Of a DNA stretch of 64,000 nt, positions 34,153 through 43,929 are shown one piece after another (the stretch's first letter is position 1; each line of letters starts with the position of its first letter). The DNA is from an uncultured SAR86 cluster bacterium (GTDB lineage: Bacteria; Pseudomonadota; Gammaproteobacteria; Magnimaribacterales; D2472), in assembly GCA_905181595.1 (NCBI GenBank), contig CAJIYI010000001.1:688847-752846 (forward strand). Direction: 5' to 3'. Position numbers and translations under genes: made by a program. The notes under the pieces are model-generated. The model made no database searches. It was not told the DNA's origin and saw only the letters and a program-made list of their open reading frames with translations.

Positions 34153-35223
34153 ATGCCAAAACCACAAGAAAGAAATCAAGAAGAGACCAAAGTAATTTTT
34201 CAATCCTGGTTGGAAGAAAAACTTACAACTGCCTCAGATATCAATGTAGAAATCTTGGGGGGCCCAGAAAATACTGGCTTTTCCAATGAAACTTTAAGTT
34301 TTCAGGTTTCATATTCTCTAGGTGATGAAGAGATTAGCAAAGGCATGGTTGTGAGATTCTATCCCGAAGGTTTTTTTGTTTTTCCTGATTACGATATTCA
34401 TAAGCAATTTCTAATCATGCAAAAGCTGTCCGCTCACAATATCAAAGTTCCGAATGTTTTATGGTACGAGGAAAGCGATGAAGTTTTCGGAACATCATTT
34501 TATGTCATGGAAATGGCTGAGGGCGATGCTCCTTCTGATAATCCACCTTTCCATCAAGAGGGTTGGGTTGCGGATTCCTCAGAAGAGATTCGCGAGAAAA
34601 TTTGGTGGGGCTGGGTTGAAGAAATGTCCAAAGTGCATCAAGTTGATATCTCAACCGGTGAGTATGAGTTTTTGAATAGACCTGAATTAGGCGATAACTA
34701 TCTTGATCAAGAGCTCAATTATTATTTAAATTTTCACGAGTGGGCAATGGAAGGAGAGGCGCATCCAGTTGCTGATCAAGCCCGTGAGTGGTTAATTGCA
34801 AACAAGCCTGTATCAAATCAATCTTCGATTATCTGGGGAGACTCCAGATGTGCAAACATAATGTATTTACCTAATGGTGAAATCTCTGCAGTTCTTGATT
34901 GGGAAATGGCATCTTTGGGTGATCCTTGTATGGACCTAGCATGGGGCATTGCTATTGACGACTGCAACAGCAAGGGTGTTGGCGCAGAAAGGCTACCTGG
35001 ATTTCCAGGACCTGTAGCTACCATAGCAAAATGGGAAGCTTTGACTGGTTTCAGCGCAGATAATTTTGATTATTTCTACACATTAGCTTTGTATAAATTT
35101 ACGGTAATAATGATCAAGGTTGTAAGAAAGCTTGAGCATTACGAAATAATGCCAATGGGTTTAAATGCACACATTAATAATCACGTTACACCTATCTTAG
35201 AAGCAAAACTCAAGGAGCTTTAA
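34153..35223 (+). CDS. Aminoglycoside phosphotransferase/ACAD10-like kinase
   Basis: GFSNET, FYVME, WGDSRCANIMY, AVLDWEMASLGDP. Confidence 0.85.
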   Translation: MPKPQERNQEETKVIFQSWLEEKLTTASDINVEILGGPENTGFSNETLSFQVSYSLGDEEISKGMVVRFYPEGFFVFPDYDIHKQFLIMQKLSAHNIKVPNVLWYEESDEVFGTSFYVMEMAEGDAPSDNPPFHQEGWVADSSEEIREKIWWGWVEEMSKVHQVDISTGEYEFLNRPELGDNYLDQELNYYLNFHEWAMEGEAHPVADQAREWLIANKPVSNQSSIIWGDSRCANIMYLPNGEISAVLDWEMASLGDPCMDLAWGIAIDDCNSKGVGAERLPGFPGPVATIAKWEALTGFSADNFDYFYTLALYKFTVIMIKVVRKLEHYEIMPMGLNAHINNHVTPILEAKLKEL

Positions 35224-35225
35224 TC

Positions 35226-36752
35226 ATGGCTATTTTTTCTATTTCTCACTCAGAGAGTGGTCGCAAACAGCTTTCTCTAAAGAGTCCTGTTGATCTTTCT
35301 CACATTGATACATATGACTGTGCAAACTCAGATGAAATATCTGCGGTCATGACACAGGCAAAAATTGCTCAATCTAAGTGGAAACAAACAACCTTAAAAG
35401 AGAGGGTTGAGTTAATGCATAGAGTTGCAGATGTTGTTATCCAGCAACAAGATAGGATTATGGATGTTGTTATGCGTGAAACTGGCAAGCCTGTCCAAGA
35501 GGCCATGGCTATGGAGGTTTTTTCAGCGGTTGATTCACTGGTTTTCTACGCTAAGAGAGCTGAGAAATGGCTCTCTGATAAAAAAATTAAGATGCATGGG
35601 CCAATGCGATTCTTAAAAAAAACGATTATTACCTATAAGCCTCGAGGTGTTGTTGCAGTGATTACTCCTTGGAATGGCCCATTTATTCTTTCAATTAACC
35701 CTGTCATTCAAGCGATATTATGTGGGAACAGCGTTATTGTTAAACCCTCTGAAGTTACTCCAATGTCAGGCGCTATGGTCCAAGAGATTTTTGCATTAGC
35801 AGATGCGCCTATGCACTTAGTTCAAACTCTTATTGGTGATGGTGAAACTGGTGCTGAACTTATTAGCCAAGGACCAGACAAGGTTTCTTTTACAGGCAGC
35901 GTTGCTACGGGTAAAAAAATTGCTGCAAAGTGTGGTGAAATGCTTATTCCTTTCAGCTTAGAGCTTGGTGGTAAAGATGCAATGATTGTATGTTCAGATG
36001 CTGATGTTAAAGATGCAGCTAGCGGGGCAGTTGTTGGCTCCTTTATGAACGCTGGGCAATACTGCTGCGGCACTGAAAGAATTTATGTGATGTCAGATAT
36101 TTATGATGAATTTGTTGCCGAAGTTGTTTCTATTACCAAATCTTTAGTCCAATCAAATGATTGCAAAGGAGATGTTGGTCCTACGTTTTGGGATAAGCAA
36201 ATCGATATTATTGAAGATCACGTTAATGATGCTATCGCCAAAGGCGCCACTGTTCTTGCTGGTGGAAAAAGAAACCCAGCTTTTGCAGGCCTCTATTTTG
36301 AACCAACCGTGATGACAGAAGTTACCCATGAGATGAAAATCATGAAGGATGAAACTTTTGGTCCGGTCATATGCATTATGAAGGTGAGTTCTGAAGATGA
36401 AGCCTTGTCATTAGCCAATCAATCCCATTATGGTTTAAACGGAAATGTTTGGACAAAAGATTTGGTTAAGGGTCAAAAACTGGCTCGCTCCATAGAAACG
36501 GGAGCTTGCTCGGTAAACGACATGGCGATGAGCTATGGTGTTAATGAAGTTCCCTTTGGCGGCGTTAAAAATAGTGGCTTAGGTGTCGTTAATGGCAAAG
36601 AAGGATTGTTAGGCTATGCTCACGCAATGCCAATTATCATTGGCAAAAAATCAGCTTCTGCTTACCCATATACAGATAAGTCATTTGAGCAGTTACAAGG
36701 CGCTCTTAAGATTTTTTGGGGCAACAGAATAGTACGCAAAATTTTTGGTTAG
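35226..36752 (+). CDS. Aldehyde dehydrogenase
   Basis: ITPWNGP, FTGSVATG, LELGGKD, catalytic GQYC, ETFGPV. Confidence 0.92.
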   Translation: MAIFSISHSESGRKQLSLKSPVDLSHIDTYDCANSDEISAVMTQAKIAQSKWKQTTLKERVELMHRVADVVIQQQDRIMDVVMRETGKPVQEAMAMEVFSAVDSLVFYAKRAEKWLSDKKIKMHGPMRFLKKTIITYKPRGVVAVITPWNGPFILSINPVIQAILCGNSVIVKPSEVTPMSGAMVQEIFALADAPMHLVQTLIGDGETGAELISQGPDKVSFTGSVATGKKIAAKCGEMLIPFSLELGGKDAMIVCSDADVKDAASGAVVGSFMNAGQYCCGTERIYVMSDIYDEFVAEVVSITKSLVQSNDCKGDVGPTFWDKQIDIIEDHVNDAIAKGATVLAGGKRNPAFAGLYFEPTVMTEVTHEMKIMKDETFGPVICIMKVSSEDEALSLANQSHYGLNGNVWTKDLVKGQKLARSIETGACSVNDMAMSYGVNEVPFGGVKNSGLGVVNGKEGLLGYAHAMPIIIGKKSASAYPYTDKSFEQLQGALKIFWGNRIVRKIFG

Positions 36753-36766
36753 TCTTCACCTAAGCA

Positions 36767-37537
36767 TTATTTAGGTTTTGCTACATCAAGATATGCAGGA
36801 CTTTCTCCGCCCCCGTGGACTTCCAGAGCAGATCCTGTAACCCATTCGGCCAGATCAGAAGCAAAAAACACACATGCATTTGCTACGTCTTGTGGCTGAC
36901 CCATCCTCTTTAGAGGTATCGTTTGTGCTACTTTTTTAATCTCAGATTTACTGCCGTAATGCAGGATTGAATTCTCTGTTTCAATGTAACCAACAATGAT
37001 TGAATTTACTTTAATCTTTGGAGCCCATTCAACTGCCAATGTTTTTGTTAAGTTGACCAATGCTCCTTTTGCAGCACCATAAGCGGCACTGCCAGGGGTA
37101 GGTCGAGTAGCGGTAACGCTAGAGATATTAATAATGTTTGAAACCGTTTTCTGTTTAATCATTTTTTTTGCAATTTTTTGGCTCAAGTTCAATGGAGCTG
37201 TTAAATTGAGATCAATAATTGCTTCATGAAACTTTGGTGATGCTGTAAGCGAGTCTGCCATTGGAGCTCCTCCAGCATTATTGATCAGAACATCTATTGA
37301 CTTATATTTTGATGCGATATCTTTTATGGCACTATCTATTGATTCTGTGTTCCTGATATCACATTCAATAAAATATCCTGCATTATCTTTAGATTGAATT
37401 TTTCGTTTAGGCTTATTTCTGGCAAGTATTATTACGTTCGCTTGATGCTTTAAAAAAGTTTTTGTGATCTCAAGTCCAATGCCCTTAGAACCCCCAGTAA
37501 TTACAACAGTTTTATTTTTAAAATTTATATTCGTCAC
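36767..37537 (-). CDS. Short-chain dehydrogenase/reductase (Rv3549c-like)
   Basis: TGGSKGIG, NNAGGAP, YGAAK, LAVEWAPK, LEVHGGGE.PAYL. Confidence 0.88.
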   Translation of the reverse strand: MTNINFKNKTVVITGGSKGIGLEITKTFLKHQANVIILARNKPKRKIQSKDNAGYFIECDIRNTESIDSAIKDIASKYKSIDVLINNAGGAPMADSLTASPKFHEAIIDLNLTAPLNLSQKIAKKMIKQKTVSNIINISSVTATRPTPGSAAYGAAKGALVNLTKTLAVEWAPKIKVNSIIVGYIETENSILHYGSKSEIKKVAQTIPLKRMGQPQDVANACVFFASDLAEWVTGSALEVHGGGESPAYLDVAKPK

Positions 37538-37718
37538 TCAATTCACCATTGTTGTTAGATAAATAATTATAACCCTGCCAATAAAATCTTTTAAGTAGAT
37601 AAGGATTTTAAACTACTTGTAAAGTTGACATATTATTTATGATTGATACCCATTGATTCATGAATAAGTTTGTATAATCTAGTCATTAATACATTGAAAT
37701 CAATCTAGGAGTATATCT

Positions 37719-38351
37719 ATGAAAATTGCAATTCTTGGTGGAACAGGGGCTCTTGGTAAAGGATTGGCCTCTAGATGGATCAAGGCTAATCACGAAGTCT
37801 TAATTGGTAGCAGAGATATAAATAAAGCTCAGGAAATAGCCGTTGAGCTTGGTCTTGAGTCATCAGCTGGAATGCTCAATATAGATGCTGCAGACCTTGG
37901 CGATATAGCTTGTTTAACAGTTCCATTTGCTCACCAAGAGTCAACATTATCAAGCATTGGCAATAAGTTAGAGGATAAGATTTTAATTGATGCGACAGTT
38001 CCCCTGGTTCCACCCAAGGTTATGAGAGTTCAACTTCCACCAGAAGGCTCTGCTGCTATGAAAGCTCAAAGTATCATGGGAGAGGGCACTAAAGTTGTTT
38101 CAGCTTTTCAGAATATCTCTGCTGAATTATTGCAAACAGATAAAGAAATTGATTGTGATGTCCTGGTATCTGGAGATTTTCTAGAAGCAAGAGCTACTGT
38201 TATAGAGCTTGCAGCAGATGCAGGCTTAAAGGGTTGGCATGCTGGTCCTTTATGTAATTCAGTCGCTGCCGAAGCTTTGACTTCAATTTTAATTGCCATT
38301 AATAAAAAACATTCCTTGCAACATTCTGGCATAAAGATCACAGGCCATTAG
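37719..38351 (+). CDS. npdG: F420H2:NADP+ oxidoreductase (NADPH-dependent F420 reductase)
   Basis: GGTGALGKGLA, IGSR, LTVPF, DATVPL, VVSAFQN, DCDVLV, AGPL.NS..AEALTS.LI.IN; heads the cof operon. Confidence 0.9.
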   Translation: MKIAILGGTGALGKGLASRWIKANHEVLIGSRDINKAQEIAVELGLESSAGMLNIDAADLGDIACLTVPFAHQESTLSSIGNKLEDKILIDATVPLVPPKVMRVQLPPEGSAAMKAQSIMGEGTKVVSAFQNISAELLQTDKEIDCDVLVSGDFLEARATVIELAADAGLKGWHAGPLCNSVAAEALTSILIAINKKHSLQHSGIKITGH

Positions 38352-38363
38352 CTTTCGAGAAGT

Positions 38364-39128
38364 ATTATTAACTCAATTAATCTAACAGCTTTAGAAGATT
38401 TTCCTCTGATCAATCCAGGCGATAATCTGGCCGACTTAATTATTCAAAAATTAACTCAGCAGAATATTCATCTTGATGATGGCGACATTTTAACTGTTGC
38501 TCAAAAGGTAGTATCAAAAAGTGAAAATAGATATCTTGATATATCCACCTTAACTCCAAGCTCAGAAGCCATATCACTTGCAAATAAGATTGATAAAGAT
38601 CCGCAATTTGTTCAAGCCATCCTAAATGAATCAAAGCAAGTTGTTCGCCACAGAATGGGAGTGTTAATTGTTGAGCATAAATTAGGTTTTATTCATGCTA
38701 ATGCTGGCATAGACCGCTCTAATATAGATCAATCATTAAATCAGGTTCTCCTGCTTCCCGAAGATCCGGATTTATCATCAGATAAATTACGCTCAACTAT
38801 TAGCAAACATTTCGGAAAAAACATTGCCCTAATTATTACTGACACCATGGGTCGTCCTTTTAGGAATGGCATCGTAGGGTTTGCTATAGGCAGCTCTAAT
38901 TTAGAGTCTGTTGTTGACGAGAGAGGTAAACAGGACATATACGGCAATATTTTAAAAGTAACTCAAATAGCAGTTGCAGACGAGCTGGCAGCAGCAGCTT
39001 CGTTGTTGATGGGCCAAGCAGATCAAAAAAAACCAATTGTTCTCATTAGAGGTTATAAATTTAACTTTTCTACATCAAGCAATGGAAAGGATCTTATTAG
39101 GAGCGAGGAAGAGGATTTATTTAGGTGA
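38364..39128 (+). CDS. cofE: Coenzyme F420-0:L-glutamate ligase; true start lies upstream of the ORF-track ATG at 38655
   Basis: Open frame from 38352 encodes FPLINPGDNL, AQKVVSKSE, ANAGIDRSN, LLPEDPD, DTMGRPFRNG, AVADELAAAASLLMGQ, DLFR; no ATG/GTG/TTG before the conserved N-terminus, ATT at 38364 or 38367 assumed. Confidence 0.9.
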   Translation: MINSINLTALEDFPLINPGDNLADLIIQKLTQQNIHLDDGDILTVAQKVVSKSENRYLDISTLTPSSEAISLANKIDKDPQFVQAILNESKQVVRHRMGVLIVEHKLGFIHANAGIDRSNIDQSLNQVLLLPEDPDLSSDKLRSTISKHFGKNIALIITDTMGRPFRNGIVGFAIGSSNLESVVDERGKQDIYGNILKVTQIAVADELAAAASLLMGQADQKKPIVLIRGYKFNFSTSSNGKDLIRSEEEDLFR

Positions 39129-40054
39129 AAAATTATCTACTTTTATGCGGTGGGGTCGGTGGAGCCAAGCTAGCCCTTGGATTTTCTAAGATTCTCTCTG
39201 ATTCTAATTATACGATTGCTGTAAATACCGGCGATGATTTCAAACACTTTAATCTTAAGATTTGTCCAGATCTTGATACCGTGATGTATACCTTATCTAA
39301 CGAGTCTGATTTATCTAAAGGCTGGGGTAGGGCAAACGAATCTTGGGAAATGTTATCGGCTCTTAAGCAACTTGGAGGAGAAACATGGTTTCAGTTAGGA
39401 GACAAAGATCTTGCTACTCATATTATTCGCACACAACTCATTGCCAATGGCTCTAGTTTGTCGGAAGCTACACAGGAACTAACCCAACGATTCGGTTTGA
39501 AGTCAAATATTTTACCCATGACTGATGATTTGGTTGAAACATACATTCAAACTCAAAACAGACTCTTGTCCTTTCAAGAGTATTTTGTGAAGTTTCAATG
39601 CGAGCCCTCTGTGACTGATTTTGTTTTTAAGGGTCTTGATAAAGCTAAGTTTAATCCTCTCATCGATCTTGATGCATTTGATGAAATAGTTATTTGTCCC
39701 TCTAACCCTTTTGTGAGCATAAGCCCAATTATTCAATTAGATCCCCTTAATCAATTTTTAAAATCGCATCCAGAAAGAGTAAGTGTTGTTAGCCCAATTG
39801 TTAATTCAAAATCTTTGAAGGGACCAACCTCTAAAATGATGAATGAGCTTGGCATGGATACATCGGTTTTGACTATTGCAAACTATTACTCTGAATACGC
39901 TCGAACTTTATTTATAGATTCTACCGACCATCAAGAAGAATCTTTGATCGCAGGCATGGGATACAAGGTATCGCTGGCAAACTTAGTTATGAATAATCTG
40001 GGCTCTAAAATCAATCTCGCGCAATCGGTAATTGATTATTTGGAAGCAAAATAA
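39125..40054 (+). CDS. cofD: 2-phospho-L-lactate transferase
   Basis: GGVGGAKL, VNTGDDF, ICPDLDTVMY, WFQLGDKDLATH, PMTDD, FQEYFV, PSNPFVSI.PI, KGPTSKMM. Confidence 0.95.
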   Translation: MKNYLLLCGGVGGAKLALGFSKILSDSNYTIAVNTGDDFKHFNLKICPDLDTVMYTLSNESDLSKGWGRANESWEMLSALKQLGGETWFQLGDKDLATHIIRTQLIANGSSLSEATQELTQRFGLKSNILPMTDDLVETYIQTQNRLLSFQEYFVKFQCEPSVTDFVFKGLDKAKFNPLIDLDAFDEIVICPSNPFVSISPIIQLDPLNQFLKSHPERVSVVSPIVNSKSLKGPTSKMMNELGMDTSVLTIANYYSEYARTLFIDSTDHQEESLIAGMGYKVSLANLVMNNLGSKINLAQSVIDYLEAK

Positions 40055-40055
40055 C

Positions 40056-40631
40056 GTGCAGGTATCAGCTTTCATTCCTATTAAGAAATACAGTCACTCA
40101 AAAGGGCGTCTTGCTAGCATTCTATCAGAGCAGCAAAGATCAGATCTATCAAAGGCAATGGCCACTCAAACTATTAAGGCTTTAACTCACTCCAATATCT
40201 GCGATTCAATTACCTTGGTGACAAATGATCCTCATCTGATTATCGAGGGCGCGTCTACTTTCTTTACCAGAGCATCCTTAAACCAAGCGCTAAATGAAGC
40301 TATTGCTTGCAACGACTCTAATAATCCAATATTAATTATGCATGCAGACTTACCGAGAATTAACGAAAGAGACCTCGATAATCTTGTTACCTCCTTCAAT
40401 AAATCGTTTATCAGCATAGTGCCTGATATTGATGAATCTGGAACAAATTGCCTTCTGTACGATCCAGCAATGAAATTTAATCTTCAATTTGGTATTAATA
40501 GCTATGCTTTATTTTTAAGGGAGTTTAAGGCGAATGATTATCGTTGGAATCAACATTCTATTGAGTCACTGCAGTATGACCTTGACTCAGAAGATGATTA
40601 CTTCAAACTAAAGGATTATGTTCGAGGTTAA
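40056..40631 (+). CDS. cofC: 2-phospho-L-lactate/PEP guanylyltransferase
   Basis: IPIK...SKGRLA, LNQAL, HADLP, PD....GTN, FG..S, DLDSEDD; GTG at 40056 right after the cofD stop. Confidence 0.88.
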   Translation: MQVSAFIPIKKYSHSKGRLASILSEQQRSDLSKAMATQTIKALTHSNICDSITLVTNDPHLIIEGASTFFTRASLNQALNEAIACNDSNNPILIMHADLPRINERDLDNLVTSFNKSFISIVPDIDESGTNCLLYDPAMKFNLQFGINSYALFLREFKANDYRWNQHSIESLQYDLDSEDDYFKLKDYVRG

Positions 40632-43041
40632 TAGATTGGAAATTCAGGAACATTCTAATAATAGCTTAAAAAAGCTCCTTACTTCAGAGACTTGTCTTGA
40701 AGATGACTTATTGCACCTGTCTAAAATTGCTCTATCTGATTCGCTAGTACAGCATGCATTCTCCAAAAAACAGAACTATTACCCAGATCAACTAACCTAT
40801 TCTCCAAAGGTTTTCATACCTCTTACTTTTTTATGCAGAGATGTTTGCCATTACTGTACCTTTGCCAAAACACCCAAAAAGGTGGAGTCGCCATATTTAT
40901 CAATTGAGGAAGTTATAAGAATTGCCAAGGAGGGCGAAGAGAAGGGCTGTCATGAAGCACTATTTACCCTTGGGGACAAACCTGAACTAAGGTACAAAGC
41001 TGCCAGAGATGCGCTGGCAGAAATGGGCTATCAGACAACAAATGAATACGTTGCTGCCTGCGCGGAAGCAGTCTTAGAGCACACATCATTGATACCTCAT
41101 CTTAATCCTGGGTGCTTAACTGAAGCCGAGCTAGATATGCTTAAACCCTTAAGTGGCTCTATGGGACTAATGGTTGAGTCCTTATCGGCAAACCTCTGCA
41201 AGAAAGGGCAGCCACATTATGGCTCTCCAGATAAAGAACCAATTTTTAGGATGCAAACCCTTATCAATGCTGGCAAAAGAAATATTCCATTTACAACAGG
41301 CATTCTTATAGGCATTGGCGAGACAAGGCTAGAAAGGCTTGAGTCTATTTTTGCTATAGCAGAACTTCATCAAGAATATGGGCATATTCAAGAAGTGATA
41401 GTTCAAAATTTTAAAGCCAAAGCAAACACATTAATGGAGCATTCTCCTGAGCCATCTTTTGATGAGTTAATTTGGACAATTGCAATGGCAAGATTAATTT
41501 TACCTGGCGATATTAGTCTTCAGGTTCCACCTAACCTTAATCCACACCACCTCGAGAGACTCATTGAATCTGGCATTAATGATTTTGGTGGCATCTCACC
41601 TGTAACAAAAGATTTTGTTAATCCTGAAGCGCCATGGCCTGAAATTAAAAAATTAACTTCCACAGCAAATCTTCTCGGGCAAGACTTGAGGGCTAGAGCT
41701 ACACTTTACCCAGCTTATTTTAAAAATCTTGCTTTACACACATCTAAGAATGTAGCTTCAAAATTGTTGCAGAAAGTTGATTCTCAAAACCTGATTCGTT
41801 CAGATAAGTGGGTATCAGGGGTCAGTACAACCATTCCTTTGTATTCAAATACGAGTTTTAAATCAGATATTCAAAATAGCATTAAAAAGATTCATGAAAA
41901 TTCAGATCTTGATGCTTTGCAACATATTCTGACAGCCAGAGACAGAGATTTTAAATATTTGATGGATTATGCAGATGATTTAAAGACTCACGTGCATGGG
42001 CATGAGATTACTTGCGTTATGAACAGAAATATTAACTACACCAATATCTGTTCGTTTAAATGTAATTTTTGTGCTTTCTCTAAAGGTACGGGTCATTCTG
42101 ATTTGAGAGGTAAACCATACAATATTTCACATGATGAGATAGCAAGAAGAACACTTGAAGCTATAGATAGAGGGGCAACTGAAGTTTGTCTTCAGGGTGG
42201 CATCCATCCTAAATATACTGGGAATACCTACTTAGATATAGTCAAAACAATTCGTTCTGTTTCAGAGACTATTCACATTCATGCATTTTCTCCCCTAGAA
42301 ATTGATCACGGCAGACGAACATTAAATATCTCGGTTGAAGAGTTTCTCATTGAGCTAAAAAATGCAGGACTCAACTCATTGCCAGGAACAGCAGCAGAAA
42401 TTCTGCATGATGATATTAGAGCTATTATTTGTCCAGATAAGTTAAATTCTCAGGAATGGGCTGATGTCATTATGGCAGCTCACTCAGTAGGATTGCCCAC
42501 AACATCGACAATGATGTTTGGCCATGTTGAAAACATGTCTCACGTTGCTAGGCACTTTGGAGAGCTTAAAGCTATTCAAAATAAAACCAATGGCATAACG
42601 GAGTTTGTGCCTTTGCCTTTTGTTGCAAGTGAAGCTCCCATATACATGCGAGGTTTATCAAGGCCCGGTCCAACTTTCAAAGAATCTGTGTTGGTTCACG
42701 CTGCTGCAAGAATTTTCTTTTATGATTCCATTGATAATATTCAAGGCTCATGGGTCAAAATGGGTCTTCCAGGCTTAAAATTCCTATTATCAGCTGGGAT
42801 AAATGACGTTGGCGGAATATTGATGAATGAAAGCATAACAAAAGCAGCAGGAGCCTCCTTCGGCCAAGAACTCAATCTTGCTGATGTGGATCGAATTGCT
42901 AAATCTCTTGATTTGGACTTAGTGCAAAGAAATACTCTTTATCAAAAGCTTGATAGCCAGATATCAGACTTATCAAAATCTCAAAGCATTCCCTTGCTTC
43001 CCATTCTTAATGAATACCACAAACCTTCGGCAACCATTTAA
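40618..43041 (+). CDS. fbiC: FO synthase, fused CofG-CofH radical SAM enzyme
   Basis: TYSPKVFIPLT.LCRDVCHYC (CofG) and NRNINYTNICSFKCNFCAF, EVCLQGG, PGTAAEIL, TEFVPLPFV (CofH). Confidence 0.95.
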   Translation: MFEVNRLEIQEHSNNSLKKLLTSETCLEDDLLHLSKIALSDSLVQHAFSKKQNYYPDQLTYSPKVFIPLTFLCRDVCHYCTFAKTPKKVESPYLSIEEVIRIAKEGEEKGCHEALFTLGDKPELRYKAARDALAEMGYQTTNEYVAACAEAVLEHTSLIPHLNPGCLTEAELDMLKPLSGSMGLMVESLSANLCKKGQPHYGSPDKEPIFRMQTLINAGKRNIPFTTGILIGIGETRLERLESIFAIAELHQEYGHIQEVIVQNFKAKANTLMEHSPEPSFDELIWTIAMARLILPGDISLQVPPNLNPHHLERLIESGINDFGGISPVTKDFVNPEAPWPEIKKLTSTANLLGQDLRARATLYPAYFKNLALHTSKNVASKLLQKVDSQNLIRSDKWVSGVSTTIPLYSNTSFKSDIQNSIKKIHENSDLDALQHILTARDRDFKYLMDYADDLKTHVHGHEITCVMNRNINYTNICSFKCNFCAFSKGTGHSDLRGKPYNISHDEIARRTLEAIDRGATEVCLQGGIHPKYTGNTYLDIVKTIRSVSETIHIHAFSPLEIDHGRRTLNISVEEFLIELKNAGLNSLPGTAAEILHDDIRAIICPDKLNSQEWADVIMAAHSVGLPTTSTMMFGHVENMSHVARHFGELKAIQNKTNGITEFVPLPFVASEAPIYMRGLSRPGPTFKESVLVHAAARIFFYDSIDNIQGSWVKMGLPGLKFLLSAGINDVGGILMNESITKAAGASFGQELNLADVDRIAKSLDLDLVQRNTLYQKLDSQISDLSKSQSIPLLPILNEYHKPSATI

Positions 43042-43047
43042 CTACTT

Positions 43048-43929
43048 ATGAAAAATAAATTATTCGACCTGGCTATTATTTTTATTGGATACGTCGTCTG
43101 CATCTATTCAATGGTGATCACATGGAATCTACTTATAGAAACTAATATCTTCGTTAGATTATTAGCCTGTCATGTCGAAGCAACTATCTTTATATATATA
43201 TTGAGTGTCGCATTTAAAAATTCGAGTTGGTACGATGCATTTTGGTCTGTCATTCCAGTCGTATTAACTATTTTATGCTGGATTGATATACATGCTGCAG
43301 GGAATGTACTTAGAGCAGGAATGATGTTTGATGTAATGGTTTTTTGGGCAATTAGATTAACCTATAACTGGGCTAGATCATGGGATGGATTTACTCATGA
43401 AGATTGGCGTTATGTCATGATGAAAGGGAAGGCTAAAAATAAATTTGAGTACTTTTTAACCGACTTCGGAGCCATACATCTAATCCCAACATTATCAGTG
43501 TTTATGGCCTTACTGCCAATGAATTACACTCTGTATTATCCTGGTCCTGAAGTATTCTGGTTAGATTGGGTGGCTTATGCTATTGGTATATCAGCGGTAT
43601 TTATTCAAATTATCTCTGATCAGCAAATGTATAACTTTAGACGGACATTAATTGAGCCTCAAACAATGCAATCAGGGCTATGGTTTTATTCACGTCATCC
43701 TAATTATCTTGGCGAAATACTCTTTTGGTTTAGTTTCTTTATTTTCTCTTTATCTAACGGTTTAGCAGCTTCATGGCTGATTATTGGCACAATTACTATG
43801 TACGCATTGGTTGCCATTACTTCTGTTGCTATGATGGATAGTAGATCTTTGCAAAGACGTCATGATTTTAAAGATTACATGGATACGACCCCTGCAATAT
43901 TCTTTAACTTTTTTAAGAGGAAAGCCTAA
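43048..43929 (+). CDS. DUF1295 membrane protein (steroid 5-alpha-reductase-like)
   Basis: NSSWYDAFWS, EDWRY, GLWFYSRHPNYLGEILFW. Confidence 0.85.
   Translation: MKNKLFDLAIIFIGYVVCIYSMVITWNLLIETNIFVRLLACHVEATIFIYILSVAFKNSSWYDAFWSVIPVVLTILCWIDIHAAGNVLRAGMMFDVMVFWAIRLTYNWARSWDGFTHEDWRYVMMKGKAKNKFEYFLTDFGAIHLIPTLSVFMALLPMNYTLYYPGPEVFWLDWVAYAIGISAVFIQIISDQQMYNFRRTLIEPQTMQSGLWFYSRHPNYLGEILFWFSFFIFSLSNGLAASWLIIGTITMYALVAITSVAMMDSRSLQRRHDFKDYMDTTPAIFFNFFKRKA

Noticed and set aside
38349-38351. Pyrrolysine recoding of the fno TAG
   Set aside because: No pyl genes in the window, TAG is used as an ordinary stop elsewhere, and Fno ends at its normal C-terminus (GIKITG)
40618-43041. Radical SAM gene as menaquinone (MqnC/MqnE) or RiPP maturase
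   Set aside because: The fused CofG+CofH architecture and adjacency to cofC/cofD/cofE identify it as FO synthase; no precursor peptide nearby
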